A stretch of DNA of 51,290 nt from Candidatus Woesearchaeota archaeon. GTDB taxonomy: Archaea; Nanobdellota; Nanobdellia; SCGC-AAA011-G17; JAGVZF01. Under the pieces are notes generated by a model that was not told the origin of the DNA, did no database searches, and saw nothing but the letters and a program-made list of their open reading frames with translations. Within the stretch, counting starts at the first letter, position 1; the number at the start of each line of letters is the position of its first letter. The translations under genes were made by a program, and so were the position numbers. This document shows positions 1-8,918 of the stretch, piece by piece. The stretch covers positions 1 through 51,290 of the forward strand of contig JAGVZD010000001.1 in the NCBI GenBank assembly GCA_018302805.1, written 5' to 3'.

Positions 1-66
1 TGAAAGATTTTCTAATTCCTCTAATTTTATATGTTTGTTTGGATTATATTCAAGTATCGACGACAT
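1..66 (-). CDS. 5' end of an unidentified gene running off the left edge (MSSILEYNPNKHIKLEELENLS...)
   Basis: ATG at 64-66 on the minus strand, preceded by a GGGGG Shine-Dalgarno-like run (plus-strand ccccc at 75-79). The frame is open to the window edge. Only 22 codons are visible, so no product can be named. It lies directly downstream of nrdR. Confidence 0.3.
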   Translation of the reverse strand, partial: MSSILEYNPNKHIKLEELENLS

Positions 67-145
67 TTTCTATTCCCCCTTGATTTTTTTATGTTAACAA
101 GTAGCTAAAGTTAGTTCTATCTAGTACTTGTTGATAAAATAATTT

Positions 146-595
146 TTATCTAAGTTGATTCAATTCTTTTTCAAAACTGTCTAGATCTGTAAATTCCCTG
201 TAAACTGAAGCAAATCTTATGTATGCTACTGGGTCTAGTTGTTTTAGTTTTTCCATTACTAAATTCCCGATAATACTACTTTTAATTTCTGTTGTATCTT
301 GATTTCGTAATTGTAGTTCTATTTCATGAGCAATATCACTAATAACAATATTACTTACAGGTCTTTTTTCACAAGCTTTCTGCAAACCTTTTATTAATTT
401 AGTGATATCAAATAATTCTCTTCGACCATCTTTTTTTACTATCATTAATTCGAGGTGCTCTACTCTTTCATATGTAGTAAACCGTTTGTCACACTTCGTG
501 CATTCACGCCTTCTTCTTGTAGTATTTTTTACTGTTTCTGAGTCTCTTTTGTCTATCACCTTTGTTATAGAATGAAGACAATAAGGACATTTCAT
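146..595 (-). CDS. nrdR: NrdR transcriptional repressor of ribonucleotide reductase genes (zinc ribbon + ATP-cone)
   Basis: The N-terminus MKCPYCxxxxTKVIDKR...RRRRECxKCxxRFTTYE is the canonical NrdR zinc ribbon (CxxC...CxxC). The remainder matches an ATP-cone (VKKDGRRELFDxxKLxxGLxKAxEKRPV). Confidence 0.85.
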   Translation of the reverse strand: MKCPYCLHSITKVIDKRDSETVKNTTRRRRECTKCDKRFTTYERVEHLELMIVKKDGRRELFDITKLIKGLQKACEKRPVSNIVISDIAHEIELQLRNQDTTEIKSSIIGNLVMEKLKQLDPVAYIRFASVYREFTDLDSFEKELNQLR

Positions 596-604
596 GTTTT
601 ATTA

Positions 605-653
605 ATACAATATCTTGTGGTTTACCTCATTTTTTAATACAAAATACAGTTGT
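605..653. promoter_or_regulatory. Two NrdR-box-like 16-mers in tandem immediately upstream of nrdR
   Basis: atacaatatcttgtgg (605-620) fits the published NrdR-box core C-w-A-n-A-T-n-T-w-G at every core position. A weaker palindrome, atacaaaatacagttgt, starts at 637. The start-to-start distance of 32 bp is the spacing typical of tandem NrdR boxes. Confidence 0.45.
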
Positions 654-777
654 CATATACTAACTTATATTTAAAGATTCTCTAACTAAAAAATATAAGA
701 TATAAATGATATTCTGAAAAATACAGACTCTTCTATAGATTTTATTTTAAAATCCATGTTGACATTTTTGAGTTAAA

Positions 778-1416
778 ATGAATAAAGACGATGTAGAAAT
801 AATGGTAGTTGAAAAGAATATTTTACTTGGAAATAATTATTTTCAGGGTTTTAAAGATAATAAAGATGTTAATTTTGAAGAAGTAATTTTAGACAATTAT
901 TTTTACATAAGAAGGGGAGATGCTGAACACAATTTTAATCTTAAACAACCTATAAGCTATATGCTTCTTTATAATCCTAAATTAGATTTTCTTTTTGCAT
1001 ATGAAAGATCAAAGGAAAATGAGAAATATTCTGAAACTAGACTGCAAGGAAAGGTTTCTTGTGGAGTGGGAGGACATATTGAAAAAGTTGATCTAATTAA
1101 TAATAATCCCATACATGATAGTATGTTAAGAGAATTAGAAGAAGAAGTCGAATTTATTGGAAAGAGAAATCCCAAAGTAATAGGCTATATAAATGATGAT
1201 TCTAATGATGTTGGCAAGGTTCATTTTGGAATTTTGTATTTTATTGAAACTGATGCTAGTATTATAATTCCTAAAGCTAAAGAAATGAAAAATGGAAAAT
1301 TGCTACCATTTGATTATATAGATAAATTTGAAGAACTAAATCTTAAAGAATTAGTAGTCGAAGATTGGTCAAAAATTGCAATTGGAGCCCTAAAAAATTA
1401 TTTGGGGAAAATATAA
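778..1416 (+). CDS. NUDIX-like hydrolase (divergent Nudix box)
   Basis: GGHIEKVDLINNNPIHDSMLRELEEEVEF resembles Gx5Ex7REUxEExGU but has a longer spacer. No other recognisable motif. Confidence 0.4.
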   Translation: MNKDDVEIMVVEKNILLGNNYFQGFKDNKDVNFEEVILDNYFYIRRGDAEHNFNLKQPISYMLLYNPKLDFLFAYERSKENEKYSETRLQGKVSCGVGGHIEKVDLINNNPIHDSMLRELEEEVEFIGKRNPKVIGYINDDSNDVGKVHFGILYFIETDASIIIPKAKEMKNGKLLPFDYIDKFEELNLKELVVEDWSKIAIGALKNYLGKI

Positions 1417-1935
1417 CTATTCTATTTTGCAAGAACTGAACCAATCTTTTTCAAATAATTTTTGAGGAACTTTATTTAGTTCTTCAATTTGTGCTTCAAT
1501 TAAATATGTAATTGTTAATTTATTATTTTCTTTATCAATTTCAATGTTGAGTAATTTACATTTATTTGAATTATTTTGGATAACTAATTTTATATCTTTT
1601 TCATTTACAATTTTTTTGGTTACAACTGTAATTTTCTTTTGGTAACTGCCAATACCTTTTTTTTCTAAATATCGATCTCCAAAGACTATGAGCCAAATTA
1701 AAAGGTATAAAATTGATCCAATTATGTATTGGCCTATTCCAATTGTTAATCCAAAAATTGCAAAAATCCAAATTGAAGCAGCTGTGTTAAAACCAAATAT
1801 TTTATCTGTTGTTTTTATTAAAGCTCCAGCACCAAGAAAGCCTATACCTGTTATAATTGCACTTAATAATCCACTTGGATTTTCTAAATTTAGAATTACA
1901 GATATCAAAGCTAAACCACAACTTCCAACGGCCAC
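1417..1935 (-). CDS. mgtC: MgtC/SapB-family membrane protein, apparently disrupted at its 5' end
   Basis: ITGIGFLGAGALIK and NTAASIWIFAIFGLTIGIG are MgtC signature segments. The ORF-track start is a GTG. The same frame continues upstream as GIERQRSHKPIGFATFIF (MgtC-like) until a stop at 2011-2013. A second frame (2036 down to 1983) supplies the missing N-terminal TM helix. See the frameshift finding. Confidence 0.7.
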   Translation of the reverse strand: MAVGSCGLALISVILNLENPSGLLSAIITGIGFLGAGALIKTTDKIFGFNTAASIWIFAIFGLTIGIGQYIIGSILYLLIWLIVFGDRYLEKKGIGSYQKKITVVTKKIVNEKDIKLVIQNNSNKCKLLNIEIDKENNKLTITYLIEAQIEELNKVPQKLFEKDWFSSCKIE

Positions 1936-2123
1936 AAAGATAAATGTTGCAAATCCAATTGGTTTATGGCTTCTTTGTCTTTCTATTCCAATATGAATAC
2001 TACTGCAAATCTAATAATTATAATTTGTAAGTCCACGCCGTGAATTGAATAAAGAAGTTATATATAAAGATAGATGCCCTGATCTTAAAATATATTACTT
2101 TATAGTGGTAAAAAATAGAAAGA

Positions 2124-2131
2124 TTTAAATA
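2124..2131 (+). promoter_or_regulatory. BRE/TATA promoter for the 2161 gene
   Basis: agaaagaTTTAAATa lies 30-37 nt upstream of the ATG at 2161. The GAAAG purine-rich BRE-like element abuts the TATA box. The same GAAAGnTTTAWAWA pattern recurs before other genes in the window. Confidence 0.4.
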
Positions 2132-2160
2132 GTATAAAAATCATTTTTTATAAAATTAAA

Positions 2161-2967
2161 ATGGGCGGATCAATAGGAGTAACAGTAAGAGAAGAAAATG
2201 GTAAAGAACATAGAATGTGTAGATGGACAAATACATTACCTTGGTTTATAACAAACCTTAGGTTTCTAAACAAAGATCCTAAACATCTTGAAGCTTATTT
2301 AGAACAGTGGAATATCATGAAGGCGGATTATGACAACCATAAGAATGAATGGGAATCAATAAAACAAAAATATGGAAGAGATGCTTGGAATCATGAACCA
2401 TTTGAAAATAATATGACTGGTTGTTACGCTCCCTATGCCTTTTTAGCACCCCAAGGTTATGGATTAGTTGTTGTGGATATGCAAAAAGATATTGTTTTGG
2501 ATTTTCAAGGTTATACTTCTCTTGATACAATTCATGGTGTCTCAATAGCTTCTGATATGAGTTCTGTTGCTCCAGGATTGCATGAATTTGTTATAGGTGG
2601 ACAACAAACTAAAAAATTAAGTAAAAAAGCGTTCTACCTGAAAAATGATTTTTTGAATAGTGTGAGATTTAGGGAACTATTTGAAGCGGGACGGATTACA
2701 AAGGCTATTATGGATATTAGATACCCAGATAAATTAATTTCATTAAATGGAAAATCATTAAACGATACTATTGATCTTCTAGAAAATGATGTCGAGAAAT
2801 TTTTGCAATTTCCAATAAACATGTCCCCGTATGAAGTTATAAAATACAAAGAACATAATTCAAAAGAAGCACAAAGAATGCAAGTTAAAATTAAAGAATT
2901 AGGATTCACTTTGAGTGATGAAGAAGAATCTATGTGGGATGAATGGATTGAATCCACATCAGGATAA
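2161..2967 (+). CDS. hypothetical protein (268 aa)
   Basis: Long ORF with a plausible promoter. No motif I can name. Confidence 0.55.
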   Translation: MGGSIGVTVREENGKEHRMCRWTNTLPWFITNLRFLNKDPKHLEAYLEQWNIMKADYDNHKNEWESIKQKYGRDAWNHEPFENNMTGCYAPYAFLAPQGYGLVVVDMQKDIVLDFQGYTSLDTIHGVSIASDMSSVAPGLHEFVIGGQQTKKLSKKAFYLKNDFLNSVRFRELFEAGRITKAIMDIRYPDKLISLNGKSLNDTIDLLENDVEKFLQFPINMSPYEVIKYKEHNSKEAQRMQVKIKELGFTLSDEEESMWDEWIESTSG

Positions 2968-3147
2968 TAATTCTTTTAAATAATAAAAGTTTGTTCAAAA
3001 AACATTGATAATCCCCAATAAATCATGATGATTAATATTATTGCCTATCCAATAACCTATTTATTTCTTGTTTGACTCATTACTAATTTATTACTCAAGA
3101 AATATATAAGATATAATAAAAATTAGGTCTGAATCTTATATACTTAA

Positions 3148-4920
3148 TTATCCATATGCATAATAATCACCAGATGTTTTTTGTTTTTGATCTAATTGAG
3201 ATCCGGGCTTATTGATTCTTGGTCTATTGGTTTGCTTATCTCTTCTATATGTTATATTTAGATCTTTTAGAACTCTGTTCATACCTTCTTTTTTTTCGAC
3301 AGGACCATAGACAGTTCCATTAATTCCAGATTGACCTTCAAAAACTAACATAGAATCTGCAATGTAATCAATAAATTGAACATCATGATCTACAACAATA
3401 GCACATTTCTCATAAACTTCAATAAAATCTTTTATTACATGAGCAACATGTAATCTATCTTCAACATCAATAAAAGCACTAGGCTCATCAAAAGCATAAA
3501 TATCTGCCTGTTTTGAAATGGTTAAGGCAATATGAAACTTTTGTAATTCTCCTCCGCTTAGATATGAAACTTCATGATCGAGTAAATTTTGAAGACCTAA
3601 TTTTTCTAGAACATTATGTTTGTACCAACCTGAAGCAAATAGAGGACCAGCAGCTTTCATAAGTAATTGCTGAACTTTACCTTCAATAGCTTTTGGATAC
3701 TGTTCTTTGTAGACAATTTTGTATTTTGAAATCTTTCCCTTTGTTGGATTTTCAATTCCACTTAAAATTTTAAGGAAAGTTGATTTTCCCAAACCATTAG
3801 CACCCATTACCCCTAGAATTTCCTTTTTATGAATTGTACCTGAAGTTATTTTTAAATTAAATTTATCATAATTCTTTTCTATGTCAGGATATTCTAGTAA
3901 TATATCTTTTGTATATTTAATTTTTTCTTCGGCTGGAAAATATTTTATTTTATAATCTCTAAAACGCATATTTTCATTAATTAAATATCCATCTAAGTAT
4001 TCATTAATTCCATTTCTTACAGATTTCGATTGAGAAAATATACCATAACATGCTCTCTCTCCATAAACTATTACAATTTCATCAGAGACATAATCCAATG
4101 TTGTAAGATCATGTTCAACCAACACTACTGATGTTTCTTCTGATAATTTTCTTATTAAATTTGCAACTTTAATCCTTGCATTAATATCTAGAAATGAAGC
4201 AGGTTCATCAAAATAAATTACATCTGCATCTTTTACTGATGCCGCAATAATTGCAACTTTTTGTAATTCTCCCCCGCTTAAATCTTGAATATTTCTATTT
4301 TTTAGATGTTCAATTTCCAACTCTTTAAGCAGCTGAAGACCTGTATTTTTCTTGTCAACTTTTTCAATTAATTCAAAAACTGTTCCTTTGTATAATTGGG
4401 GTATTAACTCAATTCTTTGAGGCTTATAAGATATTTTTATTTTGCCATTGAATAAATCTTTGAAATAATCACCAAGAATTGAGCCTTTAAAATATGAAAT
4501 AATTTCCTTATCATCAATTTTTTTATTATAATTACCAAAGTTTAGTTTTAAGGTATCTGTAAGAAGTTCAAGTGCAGTTGATTTTCCAATACCATTTCTT
4601 CCTAATATGCCAACCACTTTCCCTTTTTTTGGAGTTGGTAAAGAGAATAACTCAAATGAATTTTTTGCATATCTGAATAAGGGATTTTCCTTTCTCTCAG
4701 GTAAGTTAATGATATGAATTGCTCCAAATGGGCAAGCTTTTTCGCAAATTTTGCAGCCATCATTACTTAATTCTTCATTAATTTCAATTTTGCCATCATC
4801 GCTTTTTACCATGCATTCTTTGCCCATCCTATTATTTGGACAAACTCGTAGGCAATAATAGGTTCCTGGACACTCTAATGGGTGGCATTTATCTTTTTCT
4901 AGAATAGCAATTCTAACCAT
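3148..4920 (-). CDS. abce1: ABCE1 / RNase L inhibitor-type ribosome recycling ATPase
   Basis: N-terminal 2x[4Fe-4S] Cys clusters (CHPLECPGTYYCLRVCP, CKICEKACP) are followed by two ABC cassettes: Walker A GRNGIGKST and GANGLGKST, and signature LSGGELQK twice. This architecture is diagnostic of ABCE1, which is restricted to archaea and eukaryotes. Confidence 0.95.
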   Translation of the reverse strand: MVRIAILEKDKCHPLECPGTYYCLRVCPNNRMGKECMVKSDDGKIEINEELSNDGCKICEKACPFGAIHIINLPERKENPLFRYAKNSFELFSLPTPKKGKVVGILGRNGIGKSTALELLTDTLKLNFGNYNKKIDDKEIISYFKGSILGDYFKDLFNGKIKISYKPQRIELIPQLYKGTVFELIEKVDKKNTGLQLLKELEIEHLKNRNIQDLSGGELQKVAIIAASVKDADVIYFDEPASFLDINARIKVANLIRKLSEETSVVLVEHDLTTLDYVSDEIVIVYGERACYGIFSQSKSVRNGINEYLDGYLINENMRFRDYKIKYFPAEEKIKYTKDILLEYPDIEKNYDKFNLKITSGTIHKKEILGVMGANGLGKSTFLKILSGIENPTKGKISKYKIVYKEQYPKAIEGKVQQLLMKAAGPLFASGWYKHNVLEKLGLQNLLDHEVSYLSGGELQKFHIALTISKQADIYAFDEPSAFIDVEDRLHVAHVIKDFIEVYEKCAIVVDHDVQFIDYIADSMLVFEGQSGINGTVYGPVEKKEGMNRVLKDLNITYRRDKQTNRPRINKPGSQLDQKQKTSGDYYAYG

Positions 4921-4961
4921 AGAATTAAATCATAATAAGAATTTATAAGATTTTGGTATTC

Positions 4962-5621
4962 TCAAAAGTTGGTTTCAATACTTCCCTGTTTTTTCCTCTC
5001 ATTCAAATGACCATAGATATCTACTAGAGTCTTTACTAACACTAAAAACAAATCAGGGGCTTTAATAAGCATACCAAATACAATTACTGCATGAATTATT
5101 ATTACCCTTTGCCAAGGCGAATGCATAACATCGTATAATGTGGTTTTCTTATATTCTTTATATTTAATAAAATTAAGCTTATAACTTAGAGTATGACTAG
5201 CAATAAACGCTATAGCCAGAACCATTATGGATACTAATGTATTGTAATTCAAACTTAGTTTTACTTTAGTGGCTAAGTCACTACCGGATATTGTTGTGCC
5301 TAAAGGAATAAAAATCCACCCCAATATAAAAAATAAATAGAAAAAGAGAATAAAAATATATGATTTTGCAAATGCCTTTATAATATAATTTTTACTTCTG
5401 CGAGGATTATTATAATAAGGTCCAAATTTCTCAACTTTTCTTGCTTTAAGAATTACAAATATTAAAAAAAATAAACTTTCTAACCAATATGCTAATAATA
5501 GAGATGCTGAATTTAAATTATTGGTAATAACTGCATAAGCAGCAACAGAGTTTACCAAAATAAGAACAATTACTGAAATGCTTTTATGTCCTATGTTGCT
5601 AATTTTAGTATCCTTGGTCAT
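4962..5621 (-). CDS. hypothetical polytopic membrane protein
   Basis: Several long hydrophobic segments. A TATA-like cttataaacc lies about 30 nt upstream. Confidence 0.55.
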   Translation of the reverse strand: MTKDTKISNIGHKSISVIVLILVNSVAAYAVITNNLNSASLLLAYWLESLFFLIFVILKARKVEKFGPYYNNPRRSKNYIIKAFAKSYIFILFFYLFFILGWIFIPLGTTISGSDLATKVKLSLNYNTLVSIMVLAIAFIASHTLSYKLNFIKYKEYKKTTLYDVMHSPWQRVIIIHAVIVFGMLIKAPDLFLVLVKTLVDIYGHLNERKKQGSIETNF

Positions 5622-5696
5622 AGACCTTTTTACCTCTTTTTCTATGGTTTATAAGGTTTTGGTAATGTTTTTAAATCAAATATGATTATCATTTTT

Positions 5697-5834
5697 ATGA
5701 GATGTAGTATTTGTGATCAAAAAATTGAATTAACATTTTTGGATAAAATTAAAGGTACTTACATTAAGAAGAAACTTGTATGCCGTGTTTGTCAGCAGAA
5801 GTACAAGAAAGAAGAATTATTGCAAAAAATATAA
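5697..5834 (+). CDS. possible 45 aa zinc-ribbon mini-protein (MRCSICDQK...VCRVCQQKYKKEELLQKI)
   Basis: Hand translation gives a CxxC...CxxC pair. The ORF is below the ORF-track size cut-off. An in-frame ATG also exists at 5682. Confidence 0.3.
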   Translation: MRCSICDQKIELTFLDKIKGTYIKKKLVCRVCQQKYKKEELLQKI

Positions 5835-5881
5835 GATATTGCTCTTGATTAAGTTCGCGTAGTCATGTTATTTAATCTTCT

Positions 5882-5956
5882 GCCCCTATAGCTCAGATTT
5901 GGTAGAGCACCATCCTCGTAAGATGGGGGTCCTGGGTCCAAATCCCAGTAGGGGCT
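5882..5956 (+). tRNA. trnT: tRNA-Thr (anticodon CGU)
   Basis: Folds by hand into a cloverleaf: acceptor GCCCCTA/TAGGGGC, D stem GCTC/GAGC, anticodon stem CCATC/GATGG with loop CTCGTAA, T stem CTGGG/CCCAG with loop TCCAAAT. 75 nt, no encoded CCA. Confidence 0.9.
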
Positions 5957-5998
5957 TATTTTAAATTGAGAATTAATCAGTAAGTTTAAAATGGAATT

Positions 5999-6697
5999 TT
6001 ATGATTTTGATAAGTATTTATTGAGAATTTTTTGTAAGTCTGCAAGTACTGGAGTTAATTCTGAAATTTTATAGTCTTTGGCAACCTCAGAGATGTATTT
6101 TAAATTAGGAACAATTATATGCATTGAATTTGGTGAACTTCTTGGATTATAAGAGGAAATATCTGAATTTGACATAGCACGATCTATTGCAATAGCCACT
6201 AATGAACGATTACTTATATCCATCCCCATTGGTAAAATTAATGGATTTCCATTTAGTTCACGCGTAATATCACAAACTAATTGATCAATCACTATTATTT
6301 CAGGAAGCCTTTTTGAATATTCTGCTTTTGTAAGTTTTGCATCGTCTGAGCATTTAAGGTCAGTACTTAAAAGATAGCTGTTACTTATTGAATCTATCAA
6401 GTAATTCCAAATATCACCTGGAATTTCAGGTTCAAGAGCTACTTTTTGTCTTATTGTATTATCGTATTGATTTCTAACTGGCGCAATGTTTAGCAAATAT
6501 GGGCCAAATGATTCCAAGAAAATCCTTATATTATTATAAATTTTAGTTTGCTGTTCAAAAAAATTATTAACTAAGAAATTAGATAATATTTTATTGGCAT
6601 CAGAAATTAAAGTTGATTTATTAGTTTGATTTGGCACATTAACTTTGTCTTTTGATTCGTCTATTTCAATTCCGTTTAATTGATCATCAATTGGCAT
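5999..6697 (-). CDS. MPID-motif paralog 17 of 17, family C (start moved to the MPID Met)
   Basis: The ORF track starts at 6727 (MINTGEMKLKMPID...). The MPID Met is at 6695-6697, 1 nt after the upstream stop. This is the last gene of the array, and the tRNA-Thr lies just downstream. Confidence 0.75.
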   Translation of the reverse strand: MPIDDQLNGIEIDESKDKVNVPNQTNKSTLISDANKILSNFLVNNFFEQQTKIYNNIRIFLESFGPYLLNIAPVRNQYDNTIRQKVALEPEIPGDIWNYLIDSISNSYLLSTDLKCSDDAKLTKAEYSKRLPEIIVIDQLVCDITRELNGNPLILPMGMDISNRSLVAIAIDRAMSNSDISSYNPRSSPNSMHIIVPNLKYISEVAKDYKISELTPVLADLQKILNKYLSKS

Positions 6698-6698
6698 T

Positions 6699-7406
6699 TT
6701 AAGCTTCATCTCTCCAGTATTTATCAATTTCTTCCTTCAATTTATATTCAAGATCTGATTTTTCATCATCTGAGATTTTAATAGATGGTGTGTTAAAATG
6801 AACAAATGGTTTTTGTAAAGGTAATTCCTGAGTTGCAAATTTAGATGTTCTATCTTTGAAAATAACACATATATCATATCTACCATTGCATGTTGTATTA
6901 ACTTCTTCACCATCAATTGTGCATTGGTCTAATATATTCCTTTTGGAAAAATCCGGATCATATTTAAAATATGGACAAACAAGATTTAATCCCAATGGCG
7001 CTAACTTAGCGTAAAATTGTAATGCATCATCAGAAGTTGGATTTAATTCCAATTGTATTGCTTTCATTGAAATATATTCTATTCTATCTAATTGATTAGA
7101 AAGTATTAATGCATTTTTGTATATTTCTGGAAATTCTGGATTCGTTACAAAATTACAAATTGCCTTATCTAGTTCATTTAAAGAATTATTAAGAGGCCAA
7201 AAATTGGATAAACCTTTTAGATGAGCTTTTATTAATTGCACTTGCTTTTCTTTGTCTTTTGATATTAAAAAATTCTGGTAGTGTTCAACTTCCCTAGTTA
7301 AATTTTCAATCTGAAGTTTATATTCGTGTGCTTTTCTTTGAAGTTCTTCCAATTGCTTTAATTCATCTGCAATTCTCAATTTTTCTATTTGATCATCTAT
7401 TGGCAT
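6699..7406 (-). CDS. MPID-motif paralog 16 of 17, family E (coiled-coil-like N-terminal third)
   Basis: The ORF track starts at 7430 (MSKYGAHKMPID...). The MPID Met is at 7404-7406. Heptad-like segment: LRIADELKQLEELQRKAHEYKLQIENLTREVEHYQNF. Confidence 0.75.
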   Translation of the reverse strand: MPIDDQIEKLRIADELKQLEELQRKAHEYKLQIENLTREVEHYQNFLISKDKEKQVQLIKAHLKGLSNFWPLNNSLNELDKAICNFVTNPEFPEIYKNALILSNQLDRIEYISMKAIQLELNPTSDDALQFYAKLAPLGLNLVCPYFKYDPDFSKRNILDQCTIDGEEVNTTCNGRYDICVIFKDRTSKFATQELPLQKPFVHFNTPSIKISDDEKSDLEYKLKEEIDKYWRDEA

Positions 7407-7407
7407 T

Positions 7408-8175
7408 TTATGGGCACCATATTTTGACATAATTGTCTCTTGTTTTATTGAAATCTTCCATTGTTCGAACTATTTCTTTAACACTATATTGTTTAGCCAC
7501 TGTCAAATAATTGCCAGCAAATGGTGTCAACTTTTCAAAAATATACTTTAAATTAGCGGAACCTGCTATTAAGTCACTCCTCTTAGAGGTAATCTGGTCA
7601 ATCTGAACTGATTTAAGAAACTCATCTACTACTAATGTTGCTAGGGATCTATATTGAAGATTCATTGACATAACTATCAATTGAGGATGACAAGTCATTA
7701 ATTGCGATGCTCTTTCATTATTTCCTGAAATAACTAAATCATTTTTTAATAATTTAAATTCAGGAATTAAATCTCTTAATTGATTAAAAAATCTATCCTT
7801 CTTAAAATATGTCACCAAATCAGTAGATTCAACATAATCTCCAAGTATTATATTTCCTATTTCCTTAAGCTTATCATCAGCTAGATCAGCATTAAAACGT
7901 GAAATTATTAGCTTCCTGCTACTGAATGGAATTAATTCTGGCAAAAATGTTAGTAATTCTAATCCCAAAGATCGCAGAATATTTTGAGAATAATTACTTA
8001 TCTGGTGAAGTGGATGATCTTGCCCAGATAGTTTTCCATGGTAAAAATCAAGTAAATATCCACCCATTACCTTTCTTGCATCAGCGTCTAAGGAATCTGG
8101 TATGGTAATCTTACTACTTTGATCTGGTTTATTTGGCAAATCTTCAAGATTATCAAGTTGTTCATCAATTGGCAT
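7408..8175 (-). CDS. MPID-motif paralog 15 of 17, family C (start moved to the MPID Met)
   Basis: The ORF track starts at 8280, 35 codons upstream and inside the preceding gene. The MPID Met is at 8173-8175, 1 nt after the upstream stop. Contains IPEFKLLKNDL and CHPQLIVMS. Confidence 0.75.
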   Translation of the reverse strand: MPIDEQLDNLEDLPNKPDQSSKITIPDSLDADARKVMGGYLLDFYHGKLSGQDHPLHQISNYSQNILRSLGLELLTFLPELIPFSSRKLIISRFNADLADDKLKEIGNIILGDYVESTDLVTYFKKDRFFNQLRDLIPEFKLLKNDLVISGNNERASQLMTCHPQLIVMSMNLQYRSLATLVVDEFLKSVQIDQITSKRSDLIAGSANLKYIFEKLTPFAGNYLTVAKQYSVKEIVRTMEDFNKTRDNYVKIWCP

Positions 8176-8176
8176 T

Positions 8177-8917
8177 TTACACCTTGAGCTTCCCTGGTCT
8201 AACAGCCATCCATGAGACAGAAATACGTGGATTCCCAATCTGCAGGTGAATTTCTTGTCGTTTATAATAACTATCAGCACAGATTATCCTGGCTTTAGAT
8301 GGTGATCCGATAGTACATGGGTAATAGTAGCCCACTTTTCCAACAGTTACATCTGCTCTTGGAAAACCTTGGTGTGTAGAATTTCTAAGCCAATCTAATA
8401 AGTCAATTAATTTTGGTTTCCTTACCGCGATTAAAGTTTCCGGGTCAATTTCTTCTGTTTTTTTAATTAATCTATTTTCTAAAAATTGGTGGTAAGTAAT
8501 TAATTCTTCACGGTCTTTCCTGGAAAAAACAATGTCCACCCATTCACCTCTTGACAGTTCTTGTGGATCTATAATATTATTTAATAATCTTTGACGTATT
8601 TCTTGTGGCACTTTCGTACCGTCTCCGTAAAATACACTTCTTGATTCTAACAAGTTTAATAAGTCAACATACTGTCGCATATTAAGCATGAACATACCTT
8701 CGCGATGGAGTAATTTATGGGTTTTTGTAAAAGAGGTACGCCAATGCTTTTTTTTCAAGGCAATAAAAATATCTGGATAAGAATAAGTTCCGTATAATTT
8801 ACCTTCTAATATAATATAATTCTTGAGCTGGTCAGAATCAAGAGGTTCATCTAATTTAATATGTCTAGTGCTATCTTGTAAATCTTCTAATTTTTCCAGG
8901 TGATCGTCAATTGGCAT
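8177..8917 (-). CDS. MPID-motif paralog 14 of 17, family A
   Basis: Starts MPIDDHLEKLEDLQ. Contains YIILEGKLYGTYSYPDIFI, MLNMRQYVDLLNLLESRSVFYGDG, GEWVDIVF, QGFPRAD and C-terminal MAVRPGKLKV. Confidence 0.8.
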   Translation of the reverse strand: MPIDDHLEKLEDLQDSTRHIKLDEPLDSDQLKNYIILEGKLYGTYSYPDIFIALKKKHWRTSFTKTHKLLHREGMFMLNMRQYVDLLNLLESRSVFYGDGTKVPQEIRQRLLNNIIDPQELSRGEWVDIVFSRKDREELITYHQFLENRLIKKTEEIDPETLIAVRKPKLIDLLDWLRNSTHQGFPRADVTVGKVGYYYPCTIGSPSKARIICADSYYKRQEIHLQIGNPRISVSWMAVRPGKLKV

Positions 8918-8918
8918 T

